This document shows, piece by piece, positions 30,017-39,978 of a stretch of DNA of 61,077 bases; position 1 is the first letter of the stretch, and each line of letters starts with the position of its first letter. Both the position numbers and the translations under genes were made by a program. The DNA is from an uncultured virus (IMG/VR IMGVR_UViG_3300021960_000026) (Duplodnaviria; Heunggongvirae; Uroviricota; Caudoviricetes). Where the stretch lies: IMG/VR virus record IMGVR_UViG_3300021960_000026; one strand, written 5' to 3'. The notes under the pieces are model-generated. The model made no database searches and was not told the origin of the DNA. It saw nothing but the letters and a program-made list of their open reading frames with translations.

Positions 30017-30685
30017 ATGAAACGTGAAGAGAAAGATATGCCAAAGGAAAACATGCAAGATAAACAGACACCTAAACCTGCTGTAAATGAAACCGGAGGG
30101 TTTCATTTTGAAGGACACATTAAGATTTTTGACCCAGAAACTGGAGAAGTTTTCCAGGACAAGCGCAATGCTATTCATTACGAGAATATGAGCGTTGCTA
30201 TGGTACAATCGCTGTCAAATCAGGGATTAGGAACACTATATGAAATGGCGTTTGGATCAGGTGGAACAACTGTCGATCCTACGGGCCTAATCACGTATCT
30301 TACTCCAAACACAGTTGGTATTAATTCGAGTTTATATAACCAAACATACAAAAAAGTTATTGATCAAAATGCAACCACGAACGTTGACCCGACTAGAAAT
30401 AAAATGGAAATTAGGCATGTCAGTGGAGCAACATACAGTGATATCGTTGTAAGTTGTTTACTAGATTACGGCGAGCCAGACGATCAAGAGGCATTTGATA
30501 ACAGTGTAAATCTAGACGGTAACTTTGTTTTTGATGAACTAGGCTTAAAATCATACAATCCAAACGGAGATGGTAAGTTGTTAACACACGTTATCTTCCA
30601 TCCTGTGCAAAAATCATTGAACAGATTATTGCAAATTGATTACACGATAAGAGTTCAAAGTTTAACAGGTTTTAACGAGGGGTAA
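30017..30685 (+). CDS. Baseplate/tail structural protein
   Basis: GHIKIFD...KRNAIH...FDELGL...LTHVIFHPVQKS; start moved to ATG after ATAAATA (30006-30012); 30038 or 30053 also possible. Confidence 0.6.
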   Translation: MKREEKDMPKENMQDKQTPKPAVNETGGFHFEGHIKIFDPETGEVFQDKRNAIHYENMSVAMVQSLSNQGLGTLYEMAFGSGGTTVDPTGLITYLTPNTVGINSSLYNQTYKKVIDQNATTNVDPTRNKMEIRHVSGATYSDIVVSCLLDYGEPDDQEAFDNSVNLDGNFVFDELGLKSYNPNGDGKLLTHVIFHPVQKSLNRLLQIDYTIRVQSLTGFNEG

Positions 30686-30688
30686 TAG

Positions 30689-32836
30689 ATGCCATATATT
30701 GTAAATTTTACAGACAGCGAAAACAAGTCACCTATTACCGTTTTCGATAATACGTCAAGTCAGGATACCAGTCTAACATTTCCAGGACGTAATGTCACAG
30801 GGTATGGACAGATTATCGCTGAAAACTTTCTAAGCCTTTTAGAAAATTTTGCTTCAGCAAGCCAACCAGTTAATCCTGTGGAAGGTCAATTGTGGTACGA
30901 TACCACAAATGGTGTTTTACAATTATACGATAACACAAACTGGAAGGCAGCATCAAACATTCAGAAAGGACCAACTGAACCATCGGTTGCTAATTCCAAG
31001 GTTGGTGAATTATGGGTTGATACTACAAATCAACAATTAAGAATTTATACTGGATCAAGATGGTTGCTAGTTGGACCAAGCGAGAGTGCAATTGACGGTA
31101 AGAGATATGGTCCTGCAATTGAAAAGATTGTTGATCAGGACAATTTTGATAGAAACGTTTTAACATTTTATATTGCTGACACACCTGTAACAATACTTTC
31201 TAGAGATACATTTACTCCTAAGATTGAAATTAAAGGTTTTGATCAAATTAAGGCAGGACTTAATATTGCAACTCCTGCAAACGCAAGTGAAAGATTAGAA
31301 TTTGAATCAATTTTCTTGGGTGGAGAATTACCTAAGTTAATTGGTACTGCTTCAAATGCAGATGCATTGAACATTGGCGGCGTAGAAATTGCTGCTGCTA
31401 AATTTTTAAGAAGTGATGTAACCAACACAACAGAATTTGGTTTTAACATTAGAAATAACCAAGGTTTAACAATTGGTCTTGATGGAAACTTTCAGTTAAC
31501 AACATCAGCAACTTCTGCAAAAATTTATAACAGTGCTGCTGGTAGTTCATTAGACCTACAGGTAAACAGAAACGGTATTCCTGATACAATTTTAAGAATT
31601 TTAGATGATAAAGTTGGCATTAACGTTGCCGCTCCTAATAGCGAATTAGACGTTGACGGAGACATTGGCCTTACTGGATCTCTAGTAATTACTAATACAA
31701 CTGAAACTATTAACTTAAACACAGGTAGTATTAGAACAGACGGCGGCGCAGCAATCAAGAAGAGTGTTAGAATAGGACAGAATCTTAATGTTGATGGAGC
31801 CACAAATACAAAAAACATTTTACCTACGGCAACTGAAACTTATGATCTAGGTTCGTCAGCACTAAGATGGAATAATGTCAGAGCAAAAACAATCATCGCT
31901 GATGAAATTCAAGGTACAATCAGCGGTAACATCACTGGTAATGCTAACACCGCAACTAACTTAAGAAATGTTACTAATTTTACAATGGCAGGCGATGTTG
32001 TTTCTAGTGGTTTTACTTTTGACGGTATTGGTGATGCTAAAGTCTTTAATACACAATTAACTGCAAACATCATTACAAATAAGAGTGCTCCGTTGCCTAA
32101 TAGATCGGCAGGACAGGATCAAATACTTGTTTATAGAGCCAACCCTGAGAGAGCAAGTTCATCAGTTGGTCTTTTAAAACAAACACGAGATACATTTGTA
32201 GGAGATTTAGGAGTTCCAATAGGAGCAATATTACCTTACTCCGGCCCAACAGCACCTTATGGTTATTTACTATGTGACGGCGGTGAAGTTGAAATTGCAA
32301 AATATAGAACATTGTATGATGTTATAGGAACAAGATATAACGGTAGTGCTGCACTCAATGGTGCTGCTGGTAAGACGTTTAGAGTTCCAGACCTAAGAGG
32401 TAGATTTGCCCTTGGTAAGCATAACATGGATAATAATATCGATGTTCCAAACGATGTCGGTGGAACGGTAGACAACGGTGGCGGATCACCAGTTCCAGCA
32501 AGAATTTCGGGTACAGAACCAGAAACATTAGCAGCATCAAGTGGTTCAAGTTCTGTAACATTAACATTGTCCAATTTACCAGAACACTCGCACACATTAC
32601 AAGGTGATGGCGAACAGTTCTATGCAGTTAGGGTTGACACTGCTCCTACGATTAGTTCAGTATCAAATAATGGACCAAATAACCCAGGCGAGGCGCAATA
32701 CTTACCAGACACCGGAGGAATTAAGAAACCTACAGGAACTGTATTAGGTTCTGCGGTTGGTATAATGAACCCTTACTTAACATTAAATTATATTATTAGA
32801 TCAGGACCACCTGCATTCGAAACAATAGGAACGTAA
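30689..32836 (+). CDS. Tail fibre protein with C-terminal tail-collar domain
   Basis: Shared N-terminal attachment domain (GYG..AENFL.LLENFA); collar motif PIGAILPY..GYLLCDG..FRVPDLRGRF. Confidence 0.8.
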   Translation: MPYIVNFTDSENKSPITVFDNTSSQDTSLTFPGRNVTGYGQIIAENFLSLLENFASASQPVNPVEGQLWYDTTNGVLQLYDNTNWKAASNIQKGPTEPSVANSKVGELWVDTTNQQLRIYTGSRWLLVGPSESAIDGKRYGPAIEKIVDQDNFDRNVLTFYIADTPVTILSRDTFTPKIEIKGFDQIKAGLNIATPANASERLEFESIFLGGELPKLIGTASNADALNIGGVEIAAAKFLRSDVTNTTEFGFNIRNNQGLTIGLDGNFQLTTSATSAKIYNSAAGSSLDLQVNRNGIPDTILRILDDKVGINVAAPNSELDVDGDIGLTGSLVITNTTETINLNTGSIRTDGGAAIKKSVRIGQNLNVDGATNTKNILPTATETYDLGSSALRWNNVRAKTIIADEIQGTISGNITGNANTATNLRNVTNFTMAGDVVSSGFTFDGIGDAKVFNTQLTANIITNKSAPLPNRSAGQDQILVYRANPERASSSVGLLKQTRDTFVGDLGVPIGAILPYSGPTAPYGYLLCDGGEVEIAKYRTLYDVIGTRYNGSAALNGAAGKTFRVPDLRGRFALGKHNMDNNIDVPNDVGGTVDNGGGSPVPARISGTEPETLAASSGSSSVTLTLSNLPEHSHTLQGDGEQFYAVRVDTAPTISSVSNNGPNNPGEAQYLPDTGGIKKPTGTVLGSAVGIMNPYLTLNYIIRSGPPAFETIGT

Positions 32837-32839
32837 TAG

Positions 32840-34735
32840 ATGGCTTATCAGATTAATAAAACAGATGGAACAATTGTAGCAACGGTAGCAGACGGCCAGG
32901 TGGATACTATTTCCACAGACATTACGCTTATTGGTAAGAACTACAGTGGTTTCGGTGAAGCACTTAATGAGAATTTTATCAAACTGCTTGAAAATTTCTC
33001 GAGCACCACACAGCCAACAAATCCTATTAAGGGTCAGATTTGGTTTGATGGAACTGAAAATAAATTAAAAGTATACAGTGGAACTGCATTTGTACCTGTA
33101 AGTTCTGCAACAATTTCAAACACACAGCCTACAACATTAGGTGTTGGTGACCTTTGGTTCAACGATACACAGAAACAATTATATTTCTTTGACGGCACTA
33201 CAACGATTTTATTAGGACCTGACTATTCAGAAACACAGGGTGTTAGTGGATTTAGAGTTTCAAGCATACTTGACTCATTAAACCAAACTCGTGTTATTAC
33301 ACTATTATATAACAATGGTGTCTTACTTGGAATTTTCAGCAAGGATTCATTTACTCCTAAAAATGCAATAGAAGGTTTTACAGGAAGCATTGCACCCGGA
33401 TTCAATCAAGGAACACTAGCAGGAATGAAGTTTGATGTTACTGTTACTAACTCGGAGAAGTTAGGATCGGTTGACGCAACAACTTATGCAAGGAGAGATA
33501 CATCAAATCAGTTTGCAGGACAGATTAGAATTAATTCTGATCTAGGAATTGTGTTTGGTGCAGGTGACCAAGGTAACCTTACAGTTGATACCAACGGTAA
33601 TGTATTCTTTTCAAACTCAGCATCGGACAAGACTCTTACAATTAATGTAAGAAAGGGCATTGTTCAGGAAGAAGCAATAATCATTGATGCGGCGGATAGA
33701 AAGATTAGTCTCTATGACGGATTTGCAGGTAGTGAAGTTGTCATGGGAGGCGATGTTGAGATCAAGGGTAACACAATAATTAGAGGTCAGTTAACCATCG
33801 AGGATGGAGACATACTTGCTCTTAATACACAAAATTTAGTTGTTGAAAACAAACAAATTGAATTGGCACAAACAGGTGATGCCTCAACAAACAGTGATAC
33901 TGTTGCAGATGGAGGCGGGATAGTTCTTAAAGGTCCGGCAGGAAATATCGATCATGTATTACTTTGGTCAAATCTAGGACTAGCGTCGACGGCAAGAACA
34001 CCAACACTAGCAGCACAATCTTGGACTTCATCAGAACACATTAACCTTGCAACGGGCAAGGCATTTAAGATTAACGGTGTAACAGTACTTGATGGTAGCA
34101 GCCTAGGAACAGGAATTACTAGCATTCCAGGTGTGACATCCTTTGGTACACAGAACGTTGTTAACATTGGTGCTTCACCTCCGACTGCTGACATGAAGTT
34201 ACAGACCGATCCCGGTAGTAGTAAGCCTAGAATCACAACATTGATATCAAACAGTGATTTGGAACTAGCACCGGACGGTACCGGTAATGTTGCACTAATA
34301 GGTAGTCCAAAAATTACAGGACTAGCAGATCCTACTGATTTGCAGGATGCGGCAACCAAAGAATACGTTGACAATGTACTCGAATCAAGAAGCCTTGCGT
34401 TTTCGATGGACCTATCGGACGGTAAACCAAACAGTTATATTGCTTCAAGCATTTTAGCAGCATTGGCACCACCAGCAGAATATAGAAACGGTACCATAGC
34501 AAGAATTTTATGTACAACACTTTCAAATTCAACTACGAGTTTGAACATTAATCCGTTGTTAAGCGAAACCACAGCAGAATTTGATACACCTACGGGAACA
34601 GCCTACGCAATCACAAACGTTGCGTTTTCATCAGCAACAATTTCTGCACCTACCATTACAACAACTAGAATTATTAAAACATTCCAATTGTTGGCAGGAG
34701 CATGGAGTTATGTTTCTGAGGTAGTATTACCATAA
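32840..34735 (+). CDS. Tail fibre/baseplate-attached protein (paralog 2)
   Basis: Same N-terminal domain; DAATKEYVD fibre motif. Confidence 0.72.
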   Translation: MAYQINKTDGTIVATVADGQVDTISTDITLIGKNYSGFGEALNENFIKLLENFSSTTQPTNPIKGQIWFDGTENKLKVYSGTAFVPVSSATISNTQPTTLGVGDLWFNDTQKQLYFFDGTTTILLGPDYSETQGVSGFRVSSILDSLNQTRVITLLYNNGVLLGIFSKDSFTPKNAIEGFTGSIAPGFNQGTLAGMKFDVTVTNSEKLGSVDATTYARRDTSNQFAGQIRINSDLGIVFGAGDQGNLTVDTNGNVFFSNSASDKTLTINVRKGIVQEEAIIIDAADRKISLYDGFAGSEVVMGGDVEIKGNTIIRGQLTIEDGDILALNTQNLVVENKQIELAQTGDASTNSDTVADGGGIVLKGPAGNIDHVLLWSNLGLASTARTPTLAAQSWTSSEHINLATGKAFKINGVTVLDGSSLGTGITSIPGVTSFGTQNVVNIGASPPTADMKLQTDPGSSKPRITTLISNSDLELAPDGTGNVALIGSPKITGLADPTDLQDAATKEYVDNVLESRSLAFSMDLSDGKPNSYIASSILAALAPPAEYRNGTIARILCTTLSNSTTSLNINPLLSETTAEFDTPTGTAYAITNVAFSSATISAPTITTTRIIKTFQLLAGAWSYVSEVVLP

Positions 34736-34754
34736 GGATGAACAGGAGCGTTAA

Positions 34755-36761
34755 ATGGCATATGTAATTAATAAGAGCGATGGAACAGCGTTTACCACAC
34801 TAGAAGACGCTACCATTAATACCGATTCTAGTCTTGTTCTGGTAGGCAGAAATTACATAGGTTATGGTGAAGCACAAAATGAAAACTTCCTGTTCCTATT
34901 AGAAAATTTTGCAAATAGCTCAGCACCGGCAAGACCAATCGCAGGACAGTTATGGTTTGATACCACAGTTAATGTTCTAAAGGCATATGATGGTACAAAA
35001 TGGGTAGCAGTTGGATCAGCAGCAATTTCTGCAACACCACCAGTTGACCCACCAGCAGGATCATTTTGGTTTAAAACCCCAATCAATACTCTACACACAT
35101 GGGACGGAACACAGTGGGTGTTCATTGGACCAGAGGCAGTGGAAGGTTACGGAACGACAAGAGCAAGAAGCACGACATTGCTTTCAGACACAGGAATTAC
35201 GTATCCGGTAATACTATTAACAGTTAGTGACTTAGTAGTTGGAATAATATCAACTGGATCTTTTACAATAGCAAGTTCAAATGCCATTGCAGGATTTAGC
35301 AGCCTGGATGCAGGAATAACACTAAGCACCTCGTATAATTTTAAGGGCAACATCAATGGAAATGCTTCAACGGCAACGGCACTTGACACGCTCAGAACAA
35401 TTAACGGAATAGGTTTCGATGGAACACAGAACATCACAATTAAGGCAAGCACCACAAACAAATTAATAGCAGGTGATTATTTACTTGGAACTGATTTCGA
35501 CGGTGGAACGCAACAAACATGGAGCGTTGATGCAACAGCGGCCAACTCCATTGGCAAGATAGTTGCAAGAAACGCATCCGGCGGATTTAGTGCAGGATTA
35601 ATCACAGCAAATCTAGCAGGCGATGTAACTGGAAACGTTACAGCATCGACAGGTACTTCTAGGTTTAACATAGTTGAAGCAAACACCTTTGTTGGTGCAA
35701 CACTAACAGGTAATGCTTTCAGCGCAACAAAACTAAGAACTGCACGCAATATTAATGGCGTTCCTTTTGATGGACAGTCTGATATTACCGTAACTGCCAG
35801 CGCCAGAACACTAACTGACACAGCATTGGCTGCTGGTATCGTTAGTTCACAATTAGAGTCAGTAGGACTTTTAAACAAGTTAGATGTTAATGGTTTAGTA
35901 ACCGTAAGCAGTAATTTTACGATCGGAGCATCCGGCAGCGATACAAATTTAACCGCAACAAGAGTACTACGCTTAACAGCAAATGATGGAACCGATACTT
36001 CAGTAGTTGATCTAATTTCACCAGACGTTTCAAGCCTAGCAGGATATGGAGCCAAGGGTGCAATCATTCCTAACGTGGATCAGGATCTTGATCTAGGTAA
36101 GAGTGGAAGAAAGTGGGACAAAGTCCATGCAAATACATTTGTTGGAGACCTACAGGGTAATGCTGATACGGCCACTCTCGCAACTACCGCTACAAATCTT
36201 GCGGGCGGAGCCGCAGGCTCTATCGCTTACCAGACTGCGTCTGGAACTACCGCGCTGCTCCCTGCGGGATCGCCTGATCAGGTTCTTGCATCTCGAGGAA
36301 CTGCTGCACCACCTGTATGGGTTGATAACGTTTATGAATCGTCACAAGCAGTTAAATTAAAAACTTCAAGAACTATCAATGGTGTAAGTTTCGACGGTAC
36401 TGCGAACATTACAATAACTGACAACACAAGAGTAGCACTTGCCGGTGATACCATGACAGGTTTCCTAACCCTTCATGCTAATCCTACAGCAAATTTACAT
36501 GCAACTCCAAAGCAGTATGTTGACAGTGCGATAGCAACAGCAATTGCAACAGTTGCAACACCACTCTGGGCAGGTGCAACGACACTATCAAATGTCACAT
36601 CGACGTTTGCTGGTTATGCAGCAGGAACGAGAGTTTCATTCTGGAATGAAAGAGTTTACAATGCACCGAGATACGGTAACGGTGGTGCGGCAACTGTATA
36701 TGATAGATACAAAGAGACCGTTGAAAAACAGTCTAATGGCACGTGGATAACGGTAGGATAA
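34755..36761 (+). CDS. Tail fibre protein (paralog 3)
   Basis: Same N-terminal domain; three RxINGxxFDGxxxIT repeats; ATPKQYVD; distinct C-terminal tip. Confidence 0.75.
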   Translation: MAYVINKSDGTAFTTLEDATINTDSSLVLVGRNYIGYGEAQNENFLFLLENFANSSAPARPIAGQLWFDTTVNVLKAYDGTKWVAVGSAAISATPPVDPPAGSFWFKTPINTLHTWDGTQWVFIGPEAVEGYGTTRARSTTLLSDTGITYPVILLTVSDLVVGIISTGSFTIASSNAIAGFSSLDAGITLSTSYNFKGNINGNASTATALDTLRTINGIGFDGTQNITIKASTTNKLIAGDYLLGTDFDGGTQQTWSVDATAANSIGKIVARNASGGFSAGLITANLAGDVTGNVTASTGTSRFNIVEANTFVGATLTGNAFSATKLRTARNINGVPFDGQSDITVTASARTLTDTALAAGIVSSQLESVGLLNKLDVNGLVTVSSNFTIGASGSDTNLTATRVLRLTANDGTDTSVVDLISPDVSSLAGYGAKGAIIPNVDQDLDLGKSGRKWDKVHANTFVGDLQGNADTATLATTATNLAGGAAGSIAYQTASGTTALLPAGSPDQVLASRGTAAPPVWVDNVYESSQAVKLKTSRTINGVSFDGTANITITDNTRVALAGDTMTGFLTLHANPTANLHATPKQYVDSAIATAIATVATPLWAGATTLSNVTSTFAGYAAGTRVSFWNERVYNAPRYGNGGAATVYDRYKETVEKQSNGTWITVG

Positions 36762-36769
36762 ATATTGAT

Positions 36770-37276
36770 ATGAATAGGCAATCAGCACTAGCACAGTTTA
36801 ACAAACTCAATAAGAAATTCACAACAGTCTTGGCATTGATCGAAGATCAATCCTTGTTAAATCATGACCTCTATCTTTACAGAGAAATTGAAATTGACAT
36901 TAATAATGAAAATGTCAGAGGAACCTACGACAGTTATGAAATTTATGATGTGAATGCAACTCCTCTAATGACAGAGGATCTGTTAAACACCATGGCTAGA
37001 AATAGAATAGTTGAAAAATATCCTTTGGAATCTCAACTAAGCATCTTGGGAAGTGTGTTAGAACAGGTTGCTGATGCAAATGCAATCAGTTGCAATGAAT
37101 TAAAAGAGATGAATGACTTCATATCGGAAGTTAAGCGTGTAAACGGAATTAGAAAAGAATTTTACAGAACGAATTCTCAATTTGAATACAAGAGTACCGA
37201 AGATATTGATGCAGAAATTGCAGAAAAATATGAGGGTGCTATTCAGGAATATGGTGATGACATACGTGATCTCTAA
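36770..37276 (+). CDS. Hypothetical protein (possible fibre chaperone)
   Basis: ORF directly after fibre gene; ATG 5 nt after ATAAATA (36758-36764). Confidence 0.5.
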   Translation: MNRQSALAQFNKLNKKFTTVLALIEDQSLLNHDLYLYREIEIDINNENVRGTYDSYEIYDVNATPLMTEDLLNTMARNRIVEKYPLESQLSILGSVLEQVADANAISCNELKEMNDFISEVKRVNGIRKEFYRTNSQFEYKSTEDIDAEIAEKYEGAIQEYGDDIRDL

Positions 37277-37730
37277 ATATCTAGATAAGGAAACAGCGGC
37301 CAAAGCCAGAGAGTACGCTGAACAACTTGAAGAACCTAGATGGATCAGAAGATCATCGATGCCTACTCCTAGACAGGTTGACGGTTCGACCTGTGCATAT
37401 GATTTTTGTGGGCATTCTCAAATGCCTAAGCACATAATTGAATTTTATAAATCGATCGCTCCTTTTTTTGAGGATCATAGGCTTGCAGAGATAGCCATAA
37501 ATAGATACAAGATCGGTGATTACCTTGGTAAGCACAGAGATGTTGATTATTATAGAAAGAATTTGGTCATCTCGTTACAGGACGGTGATGATGGATTGAT
37601 CATAGATGACGATAATGAATTTATTAAGGATTCTATGGGACAGGGAGTTTGTATTGAGGGAATAGGACCGGTGCACAGTGTTGCACCTGTAAACAACAAA
37701 AGATATTCTTTGGTTTATCTTTACGAGTAG
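37257..37730 (+). CDS. 2OG-Fe(II) oxygenase (prolyl-hydroxylase-like)
   Basis: NRY..GDYLGKHRD, distal HSV, RYSLV; start chosen from AGGA RBS. Confidence 0.75.
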   Translation: MTYVISKYLDKETAAKAREYAEQLEEPRWIRRSSMPTPRQVDGSTCAYDFCGHSQMPKHIIEFYKSIAPFFEDHRLAEIAINRYKIGDYLGKHRDVDYYRKNLVISLQDGDDGLIIDDDNEFIKDSMGQGVCIEGIGPVHSVAPVNNKRYSLVYLYE

Positions 37731-37736
37731 GGAAAT

Positions 37737-38198
37737 ATGTATACACTTAGAGACGCATTAAGTTCGGATAATTTAGCAACATTAAACACACTAAGATCAG
37801 GTGTGGACTTTGTATCAACTAGAACACGATTGGGTGCTAACAGTTTTGACAAATTAAGTGTTTATGAATATTCGAAATGGAAAAATTGGACCAGAGAACA
37901 GAGAGCTAGTTTTAAGGCTTGCTTCTCAGAGGCTGATATCAGCAAAGCGGTCATAGGATACTTTCTAAAATTTCCGGCAAACACAGGATTTTTAGATGAA
38001 ATGAATGCTTGGCAGGATGCAACATCAGCAGGAACTATTGTGGCATACAGCCTAACAGCAAATAACAGCATTACGATAGATAATCAAGCAATTTCCGTAG
38101 AACAGGGCAAGGGAATAGAGTTTTCCCTAGCACAATTGCACTCTGTAAGTGCTTCTTCCACGGAAGGTAACTGGGCATGCTTAATGCTTATGAAGTAA
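37737..38198 (+). CDS. Degenerate 2OG-oxygenase/cupin-like protein
   Basis: G.G.EF....LHSV parallels the upstream oxygenase, but the HxD position reads LDEMN. Confidence 0.4.
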   Translation: MYTLRDALSSDNLATLNTLRSGVDFVSTRTRLGANSFDKLSVYEYSKWKNWTREQRASFKACFSEADISKAVIGYFLKFPANTGFLDEMNAWQDATSAGTIVAYSLTANNSITIDNQAISVEQGKGIEFSLAQLHSVSASSTEGNWACLMLMK

Positions 38199-38235
38199 AA
38201 AACGATAAATACAAGTGAACTAGGAAAAACGCAAA

Positions 38236-39978
38236 ATGGCATACCAAGTAGATAAATTTAACGGAACATTTTTAACGTCTGTAGAAGACGGAACCATCGA
38301 TACAACCACGGATTTGAGATTCGTTGGTAAGAACTATGCTGGTTACGGCGAGGTGCAGAACGAAAACTTCCTGCATTTATTAGAAAATTTTGCAAACACC
38401 ACTAGTCCTCCAAAGGCAGTAGAAGGTCAAGTTTGGTATGACAGCGGAAATAAAAAATTAAAATTTTACGATGGTACAAAATTTAAGTCTGCAAGCGGAG
38501 CAGAAACAAGTGCAACAGCACCTGGAGGTTTAGGTTCTGGAGATTTTTGGTGGGATACTTCTGCCAAACAGTTATATGCATATGACGGAGCAGCATTTGT
38601 ACTAATTGGACCAGAAGCATCACCAGATCTAGGAACCAGCGGTGTTACAGCACAAGTAGTCAAGGATACAGGAAATACCAACCACTCAATTCTAAAGGTA
38701 TTGGCTGGCGGAAAGACGGTAGCAATTGCTTCACAGACAGCATTTACACTTAATAGTTCTGTTAATCCTATAGATGATTTTACAGCAATTAAGAAAGGTA
38801 TTACATTAGCCAACACAGATACCAACGGTATCAGTTCTAATGATTATGTTTATTGGGGAACAGCATCAAACGCACTTAGACTTGGCGGATTCCCAGCGTC
38901 AGATTATGTTACAAAATCTTCAGTTGAATTTAACACAACTGTTTTCTTTGATGATGATGGATTTAAAGTTGGTGATCAGAGAGATTTATTTGTTTATGTT
39001 GAGTCAGGTGACCAACCTAGAATTAATAGTTTATTAGGTAATCCCATTGATCTAGTAGTTACAGATGGTGGAGTTGATTATAAATCTTTACAGGTAACAT
39101 TGAGTGGAATTAGACCCGGCACAGACAACACATTTGACTTAGGTACTTCTAGTTTAAAATGGAAAGATGTACATGCAGGAGATGTGTATGCAAATCTTAC
39201 AGGTAATGTTACAGGTAATACGGTAGGAACACACACAGGAAACCTACTAGCAAGTGATACACAAATTATGGTAAATGCAACAACCAAGGAAATTGGTTAT
39301 GCAAGTGCTACATTAAAAGGAACTTTGATCGGTAACGTTAGCGGTAACGTCACAGGTACAGCATCAAACGCTACCCAATTAAACAATATTTCACCATCTA
39401 TTGGTGTTCCAAGTCCTTTGACAACATCTATTCCTGTGAGAGATTCCAGCGGCGATATTACTGCAAATCAGTTTATCGGAACTGCAAATCAGTCAGATAA
39501 ACTTGATGTTGATGGTACTTACAGAGTAGCAGATACGGATCCTGTGGCAAACACAGTTGCAGCAAGAGATAGTTCAGGTAACTTGGAAGCAGTTTTATTC
39601 GAAGGAACTGCTACAGCAGCGAGATATGCTGACCTTGCAGAAAAATATTTAACAGATAAAGTTTATGATGCAGGAACAGTAGTTTCGGTTGGAGGAGCAC
39701 AGGAAGTGACTGAAGCCAAAGAAGGCGATAGAGCACTTGGTGTAATTTCAGCACAACCTGCTTTTATGATGAACGCACATCTAGCAGGCGGACAGTTTGT
39801 AGCACTTAAAGGAAGACTACAGGTTAAGGTAGTTGGAAAAGTTAAAAAGGGTGACAGACTCGTAGCAACTGATAATGGATGTGCTAGAGTATCACAAGCA
39901 TCGCCTGATGTATTTGGAATTGCCCTTCAAGACAGTTATCTCGAAACTGAAAAAATGATTGAAGCGGTAGTTCTATAA
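38236..39978 (+). CDS. Tail fibre/spike (paralog 4) with C-terminal intramolecular chaperone-like domain
   Basis: Same N-terminal domain; YADLAEKY...GVIS..PA.MMN...VALKGR..VKV; ATAAATA at 38205-38211. Confidence 0.75.
   Translation: MAYQVDKFNGTFLTSVEDGTIDTTTDLRFVGKNYAGYGEVQNENFLHLLENFANTTSPPKAVEGQVWYDSGNKKLKFYDGTKFKSASGAETSATAPGGLGSGDFWWDTSAKQLYAYDGAAFVLIGPEASPDLGTSGVTAQVVKDTGNTNHSILKVLAGGKTVAIASQTAFTLNSSVNPIDDFTAIKKGITLANTDTNGISSNDYVYWGTASNALRLGGFPASDYVTKSSVEFNTTVFFDDDGFKVGDQRDLFVYVESGDQPRINSLLGNPIDLVVTDGGVDYKSLQVTLSGIRPGTDNTFDLGTSSLKWKDVHAGDVYANLTGNVTGNTVGTHTGNLLASDTQIMVNATTKEIGYASATLKGTLIGNVSGNVTGTASNATQLNNISPSIGVPSPLTTSIPVRDSSGDITANQFIGTANQSDKLDVDGTYRVADTDPVANTVAARDSSGNLEAVLFEGTATAARYADLAEKYLTDKVYDAGTVVSVGGAQEVTEAKEGDRALGVISAQPAFMMNAHLAGGQFVALKGRLQVKVVGKVKKGDRLVATDNGCARVSQASPDVFGIALQDSYLETEKMIEAVVL

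Noticed and set aside
36560..36761. Diversity-generating retroelement target at the fibre tip
   Set aside because: No template repeat with adenine-specific mismatches and no RT noticed in the window
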